From Pelomyxa schiedti (Eukaryota > Protista > Evosea), in NCBI GenBank assembly GCA_020536535.1, contig JAHLWZ010000455.1, positions 62,001-126,000 on the forward strand: a stretch of DNA of 64,000 nt. The letters are read 5' to 3'. Each line of letters opens with the position of its first letter. The first letter of the stretch is position 1. Under the pieces are notes generated by a model. The model worked only from the letters and a program-made list of their open reading frames with translations, searched no databases and was not told where the DNA came from. Made by a program: the position numbers and the translations under genes. This document shows positions 34,100-47,780 of the stretch, piece after piece.

Positions 34100-36904
34100 A
34101 TGGCTGCAAACCAACAAGGACCACAGCGAGGAGGCCAGGCAGAACAAGTGTTGGTTCACCCCCTGATGTTCCCGTTAACTGGGCACGGGGGCAGATCTGT
34201 GGCCTCCGCGACGCCGGCAGTGACAACGGCTTCGACTACGCCTTCGGCGCCCAGAGACAACACTGCTGCACGCGCGGAACTTTGGTCAAATTGTGTGAAT
34301 GAGGCGTGTAGGGACCCAAACGGCGTAACGGGCGGCATCCAGATGCAACCGCTCACCCACGACCGACAATTGAAGGCGCAGTTGCAACAACAACAACAGC
34401 AACAATTACTCCATTTGCCTGCACTGCCGAGAACCCAACCTGTGCAAGTTGTTGTTCATGAACAGCACAACTCTCTTGTTTCGACTACTTGTCACTCAAA
34501 CACAAATCGTACAGCTGCAACTGGAGCCAAATTGTTAATAAACCAGGACCACCAATTGCCGTCGGCCTCTAACAAAACTGCAAATCCTCTGTCAAAAACT
34601 GTACTGAGTTATACACATTCTGGGACCACACCATCAGTTCTATTGATGTCTTCCCCCCCAACTCCCTTCAATAATACCGGAGCTATCCATCCCGATTCCT
34701 TGCCCCCTCCGCCCACCCGTTTTCCTCCGTTAACCACATCCCCACCTACAACACCTCTACTTTTAACTAGTATCCCTCGCACAACTCGCCCCTTACCACA
34801 GCCTCCAATAACTTGTACAAAGCAGCCCGCAATTCTACAAGGCCCAATTCTGAATGACTGGGAGCAAACTACTCCCTCTCCAACACCCCCTTCACCAGTT
34901 AGTTCACCTCAGATTGATGGTTTTATGACCTTCGGTTATCTTACATTAATGGAGTTAATCAGGTCCCAAAGTGGTTACCGTTGCTGGTGAAGAATGGAAT
35001 CTCATAAGCAGATCGCCACAAGCATCAAATAGGACTCCGCCTACTTCAACTCCCTCTCCATCACTCCCTCCCACATTGGGTGGTTCTCACAGCGATTTTG
35101 ACTTTATTTTCCCACCACCTCACCAAGAACCTGCATCAGAACAAGCAACTGCACCTTCCAACCCACAACTACGGAATACACCACATTCACCGCACGGATC
35201 TCCTCCACCTTCACCGACAATGGAACCAAAAAAGCCCAAAGGAGTAGGAAATTGGAGGAGCAAAACTGTTGCTCTTGTATACAATTTTTACCGAGCTCGT
35301 ACATTCTCAATTACATCTTCAAAGTAAATAACATGTATACAGAACCTACTGCGCCCCCTCAATTTTCAACCTCCACTATTTGGCTACTGGGCCACTATTT
35401 TGAGTGCGTCCGCTCTGACGGCGAGTTATATGTAAACCCTAAGTTCTTTGACGACTTTGCTCGTCTCATTTGGATCACGTACGTTCCATGTAATGGTTGA
35501 CCTTTTAAAAACTTATTGTATGGTTTTATAGCTACCGACGGGATTTCCCACCAATTCCTTTAACATCAGTCACATCTGACATGGGGTGGGGATGCATGAT
35601 TCGAACAGGTTTGAGCGAATATGATTATTTCTCTAACACTTTTGAAGGCCAGATGTTGCTTGCCAGAGCTATTGTCTGTAAATATATTTGTAACAGTATG
35701 AAATATTGAATGTAATTATCTTTTATGCAACAAGAAGGATGCAACTTTAGACAAACAGACCTTATTCCTTTTTCATTTACCAACTTGGATGAAACTGAGG
35801 TTTCTTCTCGGTCTTCCTTCTTCAATTAAAGAATACAGATAATACGACTTTTTGCTGATTTCCCTCATCTGTCTTGTCCTTTCTCGATTCACAACATTGT
35901 CATGCGTAACAGTACAATTAAGCGAGAAAACGGGGAAGAAGATAGCCCCTCCGTAGAATGGTTTGGACCCTCTAAAACTGCTCAAATTTTGAAGTACGCT
36001 CCATTTACAATGTTGGATATACAAACTCTTAGCAGATACCTTGTCCATCAACACCCACAAACTAATATGGCTGTATATGTACATGATCAGGGTGTTATAT
36101 ACCGGGATCAAGTTGAAGCACTGTGCACTGCTCCTGCCTTGAACCTTCCTCAACAAGCAATGAGTTTTTTACTGGTCCCTGATGACCCCACAGCAGCTTC
36201 TGCCCTCCGCATAATGCAATCTCAAGAGGGTAACTTAGCTACAAGGGAGACAGTTAGATTTGGAGAGTGGAGGCCATGCTTACTTCTCCTACCCCTGAGG
36301 CTTGGAGTTGACCACATAAATGAGGTATTGTCTCTTTGCAGTTGACGGAAAGTGCTTAAGTACTCTTATTCATTACCAAGATGTATGTAGAAGGTTTGAG
36401 GCAGCTCATGCAACTTCCTCAAATTGTTGGTATCATAGGTGGAAAGCCGAGCCAATCACTTTATTTTGTTGGCTGCCAAGGTACAATCTCTCGATCAAGC
36501 ATCCAAAATAACCAAAAAAAAGATGACAATTTTATCTATCTGGACCCCCACATTGTCCAAGCAGCAGCTCCCACTGCGAGCAATATTGATATCGATGTAA
36601 TTATCCCCTACAATCACGCTTAACGCAAATAATTTTTCACTAGACGTACCACTGCCAAATGCCACAAATGATGAGAATAATGGATATAGACCCCTCTCTT
36701 GCAATCGGCATATATTGTCACAATGAAGCAATGTTCAATAACGTGTGCTCCTTCATTGTGTCAATATCCTCGCACTTGCCTATCAGTGTTGAGGCAACAA
36801 CGCCACCAGACTCTGAGGTATTTAGTAGCGTTCTGTCATCATTCAGCGAGCACATGATGACACAGTCACAAGACTTCACTGTAGTATTACCTGACCAACA
36901 CTGA
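34100..36904 (+). CDS. ATG4: Autophagy cysteine protease ATG4 with long low-complexity N-terminal extension; multi-exon
   Basis: IWITYRRDFP...TSDMGWGCMIRTGQMLLARA (catalytic Cys), WFGPS, LPLRLG, GIIGGKPSQSLYFVG, YLDPH (Asp/His), IDPSLAIG; C-terminal LIR-like DFTVV. Confidence 0.93.
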
Positions 36905-36998
36905 AACAACCACCAGTACCATTTCAGTATTCCAATAAAAATACGCGTATTTTTTTTTGCACTTTGTCTACATTTACAAAGAAGCCCTTTGGTAGTAC

Positions 36999-38863
36999 TT
37001 ATGTACTTTTCGGTGTTCTTTTGGATGCGGAGGGAACAGGAGAATAGGTATGTGACTGGTTCTCCAGTAGACGTGACTGCGTGTCAGTGTGTTCTGGGTA
37101 GTCCAGGCCACTGATTTGTATCATTCCTTGGTAGACAAAGATGCCAAGGACTAGCAATGTGAAGCCGCACTTGTGGAGTGGTGTGAGGAAAGGATGGGGG
37201 AAGAGGAGGTAAGTACCAGCTGCAGAAAGCTCCATTCTGTCCAGCGTTCCCCGAACTCCGGACTTTGGGGTACAAGTACGTAATGAATCAACAAGTCTCC
37301 TAGCCACACAACGCCGGCAATCAGTGTGTCTAATACAACGCGCACCCTACTGCTGGTCAAGGTAACAACTAGAGTGTGTTTAGTTTTAATTGTTTTGGAG
37401 TCGTTAACAAACCAAAAACGCCAGCAAAATAATAGAAGAAGACACATAAGGCATAGACAAAAATAGTGACAATTAGCGTAGGATTGTCTGCAAGCATGTG
37501 GAAAGTTTCAATAGTATCCTCACCATAGGGTTCTTTCCTCAATTTCAGGAATCGTTAAATCAGGAAGTGAGTGGTACTCCCTCTTCAAGGAAGCAGTATA
37601 GAACCTACCAGGAATAAAATAGATAATAACCAGTAAAAAAGTGCATGCTACGAAACCATATAGGCCTTCTAATGCAAATATCAATAAAGGATTTGACTAG
37701 AAGGAAGGGTTAGTCAGAGACCATAATGTCAAGGGAGGTTACAGTGAGAAGTTCAAGTGTATGAGCTGGTGTAATAACAAGCTGTGCCGCTTGAATGCAC
37801 TGCCTATCAGATACAATAAGACTAGCAAGACAAGAATAAGTAGTATACGCAATGATGACAAATGCTACACCAATCCCCTCTTCCGCCAGAGAGACATTGG
37901 ACTAGTCCTCCAAATAAGCTTAGTTGGTAGCTTAGAGAGAATAACCTCACAAGAGAGAATCAATGAAGAACAGCATATGACAATGAGACCTAAAACAACA
38001 AAAGCGACTCCAATCCATCTAAATACCAACATAGGAGTCTTAAGAAAGAACTTGCTAAACAGGGCCCCAATAACTAGCATACTGCATTTAAGCATCTGAA
38101 AAGATATAACTATACACACATTACGTGAGAAAGTACCTGCCAAAGGGAAGCACTTATCCAGAGTAGGGCATAAAAACATAAAATCGTGGAAACCAAGTCG
38201 CACATTGAAGGGATCAAATACAGCAGCAACTTCTAAATTTCTTTTTTTTTGGCATACTATGACATCAGAAAGTGTCCCAACCTTCCACATAGACTTCATT
38301 TCTGGAGTTTGATTCCCCACGCCAAAGACTTCCAATCTTCTGCTGTCACGCATCCAGCTAGATTGAAGTTGTACTGCTTGTTGAGTTGTTGGAGCATAGT
38401 GCATGTGCTTTCGTTTGGCTCTTGAATTAAACCGCTGACCAAGGTTGGAAGCAGCATATGACAATATAAATCCAATACACAGACTGGAGAAATTGTCAAT
38501 AACAAAATAAGGAATAAGGTGTAACCTCAAAAACATCACATCAGTCTGAAACCTACCCACTGCATCAGAAAAATGATATAGAGAGGGAACAAACCAAGGT
38601 TTCTCAAAACGATGCAACAAGTCATCATCCCCTTTGACTAACCAGGAAGAAAGAGTGCAGAAGAAAGGGGAGAAAAAAAAAAAGTAAATGCCAAGGCCTT
38701 TTTTTTTTTTGTTTGTTTGTGCGACGAGCATGCACCTACCTTGTATAGTGAAGGAGCACTTTAGAAACACCACGTACCAAGATCCGAAACTAACCAAGCC
38801 GATGCACGCCGCGCCGCGTCCCACGCTCCTCCCCTCACACCCTTCACACCATCCCCACCACAT
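36999..38863 (-). CDS. SLC35F6-like drug/metabolite (nucleotide-sugar) transporter; multi-exon
   Basis: HRFEKPWFQTDVMF motif, FQMLKCSMLVIGALFSKFFL, WIGVAFVVLGLIV, C-terminal GFTLLVLGIFVYQ; many TM segments. Confidence 0.7.
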
Positions 38864-39039
38864 GTCAATGTGTCAATGTGTCGGTGTGCCAAAAAAAGGT
38901 CCGTACAAAAGGCGATTCACCCTGCTGTTGTTCTTGTTAATATTTTGGCAGATCAATCGAATAAATGGGGGTTCTCAGCCCTTTTAGTTGTATGGTATTA
39001 AACAATGAGTTGGTAGTTGGACTAGTGGAAACAAGAGGA

Positions 39040-39988
39040 CTACAGAGCCCCGCTTTCTTTCATAATTCTGTGGTGAGCTGTTTGATACCACTTGTTTAGA
39101 ACTGAGGCCGGAATATCTGGTGGTTCGCGTTATTATTTGTTTATTTTGTATGGGTGGGAACTTACAATCTTGTCCAGGAGCGTTGACTATTTGGGGATTC
39201 TTGGTTGAAAATGACATAGCGAAATTATAGAAGTTCTCCAGCAATTTCAGTGGCATGTTTGTGGAGTCTTCAACTGAGCTGGAGCGTGCGGTGGCATTAT
39301 TACTTTGAGTGAACTGCCATCTTTCCTGAATTGATGTCATTGACTCCACACTTATCCCAAGCTGAACAGGAGGAAGCTGTGTGGGTGGCTGTGATGCGTC
39401 GACCATTTCCCCGGAAGTTGGTGATGAATTTGAGACTCTGAACACTGCACTTGGCTTGTCATTGCTAATGAACCCATGAAAGTCCCATTTGGTATAATCC
39501 GGTGGCCAAGCCAAAAAGAGGGCAGCTCCGTAACCTGGGGCTGTAATTCCAAAGGGGCCTTAGTTGGAACTTCGGGATTTCTAAATAGGAAGACAAACGT
39601 AGCGGAGCCACTCCGGTGAGGAACACCACAATGTGATTGATAGGATGAGCTGTATCATGCTGCAGTGTAAAAACACACTTGGCTCTTTTTGAAGTGGTGG
39701 TTTCTGTTAGTTAATTAAAAACACATTGATATAACAAGTTGGAAATACAGAAAAAAAAAAAAAGATAGAACTTCGGAGGTGGGGCCCTTACACATCAACC
39801 TGCACAGCGGTGGTATTGACCATGCGACCGGCAACAATGCACCCAAAAAGGTTGGTGGTCTGAGCCCCAGTCTGAGGCGTGAATTGCAACTGCGCCGACG
39901 GTGTGGCAGTTGGCATTGTGGTCGTCGACAATCCTGGCTGCTGCATCATTGTGTCGTTTGGGGGTGTTTGAAGAGTGATGGGTGCCAC
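39040..39988 (-). CDS. HIKESHI: Hikeshi/OPI10 family Hsp70 nuclear import carrier; multi-exon
   Basis: LFGCIVAGRMV, INHIVVFLTG, GFISNDKPSAVFRV, QLGISVE, KLLENFYNFAMSF, IPASVLNKWY. Confidence 0.9.
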
Positions 39989-40066
39989 CCGCTTTTTTTC
40001 GTTGTTTATTAATCAACCCGCCGCAGATTCGGGTTGAAATCCTAACGACATTCCAGTAAAAAACCG

Positions 40067-42176
40067 ATGTTTGTTGGGTTAGTTTTAGGTTTGGCGTTGC
40101 TGTGTGCAACGTACACAAGTAACCTCCCCTGCTAGTTAAGTCTTGGTTTTTCTTTTTGTGACTTTTCTTGTTTTCAGCATCGGCGTATACTTCTGATTGG
40201 GAGTCGATTGACAGTCGCCCTTTGCCTTCGTGGTACGACGAAGCCAAGTTCGGGGTACTTTTCTTTTCTCCTCCTTTTCCCTTATTTGAATAACACTTTC
40301 ACAGATTTTCATACATTGGGGATTATATGCTGTGCCATCCTACGGATGCACTGAGTTTGGTGGTGCTTCTGGTGAATGGTGTGTCTCACTTTATTGCACT
40401 CTTAATCGGCGCGAAGGTATTGGTACGAATTGGACACTGAAAAAGAACCTTGTCTCGTTTCGTGGCACAGGAATACCTATGGAGACGATTTTACTTATGA
40501 AGGCACTCTACTCTATACAAATGCACAAAAATAACTTTCTATCAAGATTTTGCCAATCAGTGGAAGACAAGCATGTTCGACCCTGACGACTGGGCTGACA
40601 TTTTTGCTGGGTCTGGTGCCAAATACGTTGTTATGACATCCAAGGTCCCTATCTCGTTGGGACCTTTTTTTTTCTAAGACAAGAACGTAGCATCACGAAG
40701 GATTCTGCAACTGGAAGAGTGCACAAGTACTTCCTTGTACATTTCAAACAAGAGCTTATGACTTAACAGTCTTGGAACTGGAACTCTGTTGATTGTGAAC
40801 CACATCAAGACAACATGGCAATGGTTTCTAAAGCTGTTAAAAGGGCAGGACTACGCATGGGATATTATCACAGGTATCCCATTAAAAACTTACATAATTT
40901 TTTGATGAGTCTTGTAAAGTTTATATGAGTGGTACAATCCTCTCTATTTGGAGGATAAAGAGGTCAATGGGAACACAACTTACTACATTGACGAAGTACT
41001 TGTACCTCAAATGCACGATGTTGTGAACAACTATCAACCCGATATCTGGTGGTCTGATGGAGGCAAGTGTTTCCTGTAAAATGAATGGCAACTAACCCCC
41101 ACTCAAGATTGGGAGGTGGTCTTCTTTTCTTTACTTTATATCTGTTTCACAAATCCATCCACTTAGATGTATGACTCTTATTGGAGATCCACCGATTTCC
41201 TTGCATGGCTTTATAATGACAGCCCTGTTAAAGTTTGTTACCGCTGCTTTACAACAGAACAGCTTTTCCTAAAAAGACGCTCATAGGACACTGTTGTTGT
41301 AAACGACCGCTGGGGCATTAATGACAGCTGCGAGCATGGTGGATTTTACACGTGCTCTGATAGATATGACCCTGGAGTGCTGCAGCCTCACAAATGGGAG
41401 AATTGTTTAACTTTGGACAAACAATCCTGGGGGTGCGCATCAAAGAGGGACTTAAGATTTCTAACAAATGTCATAGGTACAGGCGAAATATGAAACTGGA
41501 AGATGTTATGACAATTGAGGAGCTTTTGGGCCACCTTGCATCTACTGTTGCTTGCAACGGAAACTTACTGTGAGTGTACTTCATCACAATCTTCCAGTCC
41601 TGACACACGTTAGGCTCAATGTAGGTCCGACAAGTGAAGGAATGATTGTACCAATATTCGAGGAGAGGTGTGTAACTTCCCATCTATACCAGGATGACCC
41701 TCCCTTCTAGGTTATCACAAATTGGAGAATGGCTGGAAGGTACTCCCAGAATCTATGAAACAACTTACTTGACTGAACTCTTTTTACAGTAAACAGTGAA
41801 TCCATTTTCGGAAGCTCACCATGGCGTGCCCAAAACGACACAGCCGCAAGTGTCTGGTATACCACACAACTCTCCACAGGCTATGTATATGCTATCTTCC
41901 TCTCGTGGCCTGCAAGCAATACAATTGTGCTGACTGAGCCAATCCCAACAGAGGTAAGTTTAAGTTTACCTTTAACCCACCCTTGGCTTCTGCTGTATCC
42001 CGGCAACCACACAACTAACAACATCACAGGACGTGACCACAGTGGAGCTCATTGGGTGGGGTACCCTTGATTGGCAACCCAGTGGCGGCTCCATGTCCGT
42101 CACTCTCCCTACCCTTACTGAGTCTCAGCTTCCCTCCAAATACGCCTGGGTTCTCAAGATCGCCAATGTCAAGTGA
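40067..42176 (+). CDS. Alpha-L-fucosidase (GH29), secreted/lysosomal; many short exons
   Basis: Signal peptide; [53 protein letters not shown] (nucleophile Asp), [24 protein letters not shown]. Confidence 0.93.
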
Positions 42177-42253
42177 AACCGACAACAAGGAAACAACAAC
42201 AAAACAAAAAAAAAAAAAAACCGAGAAAGGCATCAATTCGTTGAAACAGGGAG

Positions 42254-45185
42254 ATGACTGCACATGGCAACGACGGTGTGTCTGAGTGGCCCGACTTTGA
42301 AGCGATAGAGGAAGAGATACAAGAGGAGGTGGCCGTGGCGGAGGAACTAGGGAGTAACGGAAAGGCGTACAGTACTAGCAGCAGCCGGCAAGCAGAGCAT
42401 GAGCAAGAGCAACAGCATGAGCAAAAGGAGCAGGAGCAGGAGCAGGAGCACGAGCCGAGCCAGGAGGGCATCGTGGCAGCGCAGGACGACGAGGCAGAGG
42501 AGAACCAGTACGAGTACGAGTACGAGTACGAGCTGGAGGATGTGGACGTTGGAGAGGACAACGACCACGTGCCCCGCCTGGAGGGAGAAGGAGAAGGAGA
42601 TGGAGATGGAGATGTAGATGGAAATGCCGAAGAAGAAGAAGAAGGAGAAGAAGAAGAAGAAAGGGAAGGAGGCGAAGAAGAAGAAGAAGCAGAAGAAGAA
42701 GAAGTTGAGGAGGAGGAGGAAGAAGAAGAACAACTGGGGGAGCTGGGCTACGACGAAGCACCGGATGTGGAGGAGGTGTTGGAGTTACTCGACGAAGGCG
42801 CGGAGGTGGGCCAGCCAGCCGAGTACGAGTACGAGTACGAGTATGAGGAGGCCGCGGTGGAGCCGAGGGACTCGCACGGAGACGACGACGCGGCCGGCAC
42901 AGCAAGCGCGAGCACCACAGGGGCTGGGACTGAGGACGTGGCGAAGGGGACCGCCGCACCGGACGGCGCTGGGGAAGATCGCAGGGAGGAAGTCGCTATC
43001 TGGGACCCGGCGTACGGCGACGAGGAGGTGGAAACATGGCAAGACTTCGAGGAGGAGGAGTACGGCGAAGGCGCCTTTGCAAGTAGCGCGACCCACGCCA
43101 CCACCAGCGGTGGAACTGATAAGGGAGAGGACCAGGTCGGTGGCGAAGCAGTACGAGGTGAGGATGATGATGGTGTTGGTGTTGGTGTTGGTGATGGCGA
43201 TGGAGATGGAGATGGAGTGGCAGTTCATTCAGGGGGAAGTGATGACTTTGACTCTGCTTTGGAAGCAGATATAGTCAACGAACCACTGGGCACGGCTACT
43301 TCAGCTCTACATAACGAGTCCTCGGACTCAGAGGACAGGATGTGTGAAATATGCTGCAAACCGTTTCACCTATCTCGTTTTATCAAAGAATGGTACGCTT
43401 CCCGTTCGATCCCTTACCCGAATTCTTGTGTAGAATGTGATCAAGAAACCTTCAATCAACATTCTAGTCGCAAGCACACCCATAAGCATCCACTCCATCA
43501 TCCCCAATATAAAAATAGACAGAATGTCAACAAACCCAAATTTCTTCGTCACTCCAAGCATCACTTGCACAACTTGGAATCTAACAACTTGCCATCCCAT
43601 GGTAACACTGCAGCAAGCTCTGAACAATTAAACCATACCACACCCGACTTGCAAACAAATACACACAACCGCACCTCACCATTTCCCTCTTCTCGCACTC
43701 GTTCTTCAAATTATGGATCCAGCTTCAACTCTGTGCCTGTACAACTAACACCATTCACATCAGAACTCAAGTCAAGTATACCACTACCTCCCTCAAACAC
43801 TTCACTCGACATTGAATCCAACTCTCGTGACATAACTACTTGTACAGCACAGTCTTCTACAAGTGCATCTCAGCCAATTTCCCCCTCCCACACCATAAAT
43901 GACCTAGAGGTATTCTCCACTCTGGTTTCTTTACTGCCTAAACTCTCACTCCAGGATGGTATCAATGGTTGCCCGATATGCATGGAAAAGTGGCATGCCC
44001 CAATTTTCTTACTTCCGTGTGCACATTCACTTTGTGGGTCATGTGCTGATTCCATTCTACAAAAATCCCCTCAGGTTATCACACTGAAAACTTTTTTGTG
44101 GTAACTTGTTTTCATTATACAGTGTCCCCTATGCCGCACTCTAATCCCAGCGAAATCCACAAGCGATTTAAAGAGAAATTACCAGCTTGAGACCTTTTGT
44201 GAATACGTTCATGTACCCTCCCCTCCCACGGAATAATAGCGCACCCAAATATATCTTAAGCAAAGTCCAAGACCATCTACGAAAATTAAGCCAAGGAAGT
44301 CGTTATGTTCCGCACACAAAAAACCACTGAAGTATTACTGTGCGAACAGTACTTGCAGGTTGGATTACCGATAAAGGAGTCGCAAGTCCATTAAACGATG
44401 GCTTCCAGAATTCCAGTTTGTGTTGATTGTTTATTATATGGAGAACATAAATCACATCAAGCACAAGATCTCAAAAAAGCCGCCCAAGGTCATTCCCCTA
44501 ATATACGGTTTTTTAACTGAAATTCTGACTTAGATCAACAACCCCTGTTAAAAGATTTGTACACCCAATTGGCGGCAAGGAAAACCGAGGTTTCACTTCC
44601 ATTCAGCTATCTTTCCTTACCAAACAAAAACTAAAATGTATAACACAGCTCAGACAGTTGCAGCTTAAACTCGAAAGTCAAATATCAACACTACAGAAAA
44701 AGAAGCTTCAAACCGCCACGGCAGCAAATAGAGCAGAACGCCTTATCTACGATTCACTGGCAAGCAAATTCGCTGAAATGAGAGATGAACTGGATAATGC
44801 ATTCACCTCCGCCACCTTACAGTGCCAGCGATCAATTCGCGAAACTGATGAGATGATATCGCTGGTTACATGTGCGTTCCCGATGACAGGTTCTGTCCCA
44901 GATAGAACGGAGGACGATCCGGTTTCAGTTGTGAGTTCTGTTCAGGCCATTATTGATGCCCTTGAGACAAGCAATCTCGTGAAGCAACGCGGTTCTGAGG
45001 TGTCATCCCCAGATATTCTCCAGATGCCTGGTGTACAACAGCCTTCCCAGAAGAGTCGAAATTCAAACAGTGAGGATATTGCCTTGAAAGTACTGTCTAC
45101 ACAAATTCTCACACTTGGATCACACGTGATTAATCTGGGAGACATAGTGAAGGACTTGTTATCCTCAACCACAAACAAACCCTAA
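42254..45185 (+). CDS. RING - B-box - coiled-coil (TRIM-like) E3 ligase with very acidic N-terminus and extra zinc ribbon; multi-exon
   Basis: RING CPICMEKWHAPIFLLPCAHSLCGSC...CPLC; B-box CSAHKKPLKYYCANSTCRIPVCVDCLLYGEHKSH; coiled coil at 44530-44860. Confidence 0.85.
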
Positions 45186-45291
45186 ATGACAAGGGGAAAA
45201 AATTACTGTTTTTGCTTCCACTGCATTGAACTTTGTGAGAAATACTCCTTGTCATAGCGGACCACCTAAACCCGGTAACGGCAGTTAAAAA

Positions 45292-45831
45292 AAAAAAGAT
45301 GAGAAGATTGTGAGATGTGCAACCCAAAGGAGACCCACCAGCACCCCGAAACCCTTCCAATTGTCATGGGGCACAGATCCGACCACCCCACCCCCGCCAA
45401 GAGACCACCCCCACCCACCCAGCTCCCTGTCCCAAGAAATCTCGGGCACAGAGAGCACAAACGGGGGGGGGGAGATCCCACGGGGGAGGGGAATCGAACC
45501 CACAAATTTGCCGCAGAGGACAGAATTGGGAGAGAATTTCAGAGGCACCGGCTTGAGATGAGCCCCCTGGAGGAAAATCAAGGCCTCGGAAAATTCGATG
45601 GAAGTCAAGTTGTTCGAGGCCAAAATTCGAAGGATTTGAAAATCAATTTATTTCAGGTAAATTATTCTGTTGTTGTTGTTGGGGTGTCAACGTTCACAAC
45701 GATTGGACAAAGCTGTCTTTTTCCAAGTAATTACGAAGTAGCACACCTCTTTCGCTTCCCACCATTTGTTTGCCCCGAGTAACATTCTTTTCGTCTCTAA
45801 AATTTACCCTCACCGGTACTTATGGGTGTTC
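45292..45831 (-). repeat. ~540 bp dispersed repeat with Pol III B-box and tRNA-like core, copy A
   Basis: Reverse complement nearly identical to 58371-58907; GGTTCGATTCC on the minus strand at 45490-45500; T-run at the 3' end. Confidence 0.85.
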
Positions 45832-46041
45832 CAGCCTTCTTTTCTCTGTCCGAAAATTCATTACCCTACAATACCACTGGGCAAATGTGGTGGTATGGAG
45901 ATTATTTATTGCGCCACTGGTTCTTTGGTTTCGCCTGTGGGTTGCAGTTGCCCCGCTTTCTTCTGTATTCTGTTGTGTTTCTTTGTTGGTGTTGCTGTGG
46001 GTATTACTGTGTCTGGAGAAGTGTGTTGTTCATGAAACTGC

Positions 46042-47646
46042 TCAGAGTCTGTATGCAACTTCCAACCTTGCTCTTTGTGAAAGGATGTTACTGGCTTGTG
46101 ATGTGGAATCCCTCCAATGAGAGGTTGTTGGTTCTTCCACAACTTTATTTGTAAGGGTACCCAGTTTCTCTGATTTAAGCACCACAGTGTCCTGTAGGTG
46201 CATTTTATTCAGTTGATGGCGAAGTGCATATATCTTAGTAGGAGGAAATAACCTGTGGGTGAAGTCTTTTATTGACTTCAATTCCTGCGCAGTTGTACAT
46301 TGTGCCCATACCAATAACTTCTCCTATTTGGTGTGAAACTCACATATGTTGAAGAGTTTATGTTCTACCTGGAAGTATGTTCTCACCAACAGAAATGAAA
46401 GCAAGCAATTCTTCTGGAGTATAAGCCATGGGGAAATAGCCTCCCGTGCCATAGACTTCATTGTTCACCAGTACAGCTCCATGTAAATCCACGATAGGTC
46501 CCACTTCATCTGGGTCACTGGTTAAGTGTTGTGAGATTGAAAATATTCAAGAGAAGGCAAACCAGGTGTTACAACAACTGAGCCTAAGGAAGTGGCAAAT
46601 GACTTGGTTTTGACAAAACCAAATCCAGATGCACCCTCAGATATCTGCAAAGTGCGAGCAGTGAAGTCATTTAACAAAGTATATCCACCAATAGCATCCC
46701 GGGCAGAGCCAGCAGTAAAATTTCTTCCTGGACGAGATACAACAATTGCAACTTCAAGCTCATAGTCGAGGTATTCCCAGGCGAACTTAGGGATGGGAAT
46801 TACATCACTGTCAGTGTACATGTTGGTGTGGCTTCCCTGGTAATACAACGGCCTCTGCTGGTGTAATTTATGAGGGTACAGTGGCGGAAAAGCTTTCCCA
46901 CTCCACCTTATGTGTACAACATGAAATAAATGGTTTTGAATGCAACCAAAAGGGGACAGGGATTGGGAAGGTGAGGAATGTAATAACAAGAAAGGGAGGA
47001 GTTAAAGTGTAACTCAAGCCATAAAAAAAATAAATAAATAAAAAGGATGATACCATCCCACAAGAGTGTTCCAGGTCCACATGGCAGCCTTTGCAGGGAA
47101 TCCCATCATTTGCCATACCATACCTTCTGATGCTTGCACATAATGCCTGTTACATAACAGTGCGTCTCTAAGCGAAACTGGCTCGAACGGCATCAACGTA
47201 ACCGCGGCGGGTTCCTCTTGTTCCGGCAGGCGATTATGGGAAGTGGCAGCGGCGGTTGTCGTTGTGGTGCATCCCATAATACGGGGTTCGTCCGTGCTGT
47301 TCCTCACCACCGCTTCGAGTTCAGGCGATTCCAATAGGTTTAAGAGCACTTTCCCGTTGTCAGAATAATACCGCAGGCATTCGATCACACTCGTAAGGCA
47401 CCCAACAGGCAAAATGCTAATTGCCGCCGCACTAGTCGTCGTAGTCGTCGTAGTCGTCGTCATTGCTGTGCTATCTGCCGTGGGGTTTTTCGCGGCCGCA
47501 AGCGCGTCGCGGATCGCGATCCACGAGTTTGAGCGATGGGACCACGCCAATACGTCAACGTCGTCGGTTGTGGCAATGCCGCGACCTGCTCCGACGATTT
47601 CGGCCGATCGCTCGGTTGTCCCCCGGGGTGCACGCTTGAACCGCAT
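46042..47646 (-). CDS. Fumarylacetoacetate hydrolase (FAH) family protein; multi-exon, 3' end approximate
   Basis: PFEPVSLRDA, PLYYQGS, LDYELEVAIVV, IGGYTLLNDFTARTLQ, VKTKSFATSLGSVVVTP, LGTLTNKV. Confidence 0.85.
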
Positions 47647-47780
47647 TTCCTGGAAGAAAATTGGGTTTTCTCCAGCGGAAATTGAACCCCGGTTCTAAGA
47701 AACACATTTTGTTTTGTATTGTGTGCTACAGGCTCGCGTGTTGCTCGACTAGCACGAGAGCAGGGGAACCAATTAGAAAA

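Noticed and set aside
42347-43274. Long antisense and alternate-frame ORFs (poly-F/L/K/R)
   Set aside because: Shadows of the GAA/GAG-rich acidic coding region; the same applies to antisense ORFs over other Ser/Pro/Thr-rich exons.
45315-45782. ORFs within the 540 bp repeat
   Set aside because: Frames differ between the two copies because of indels, and there is no recognisable protein motif.
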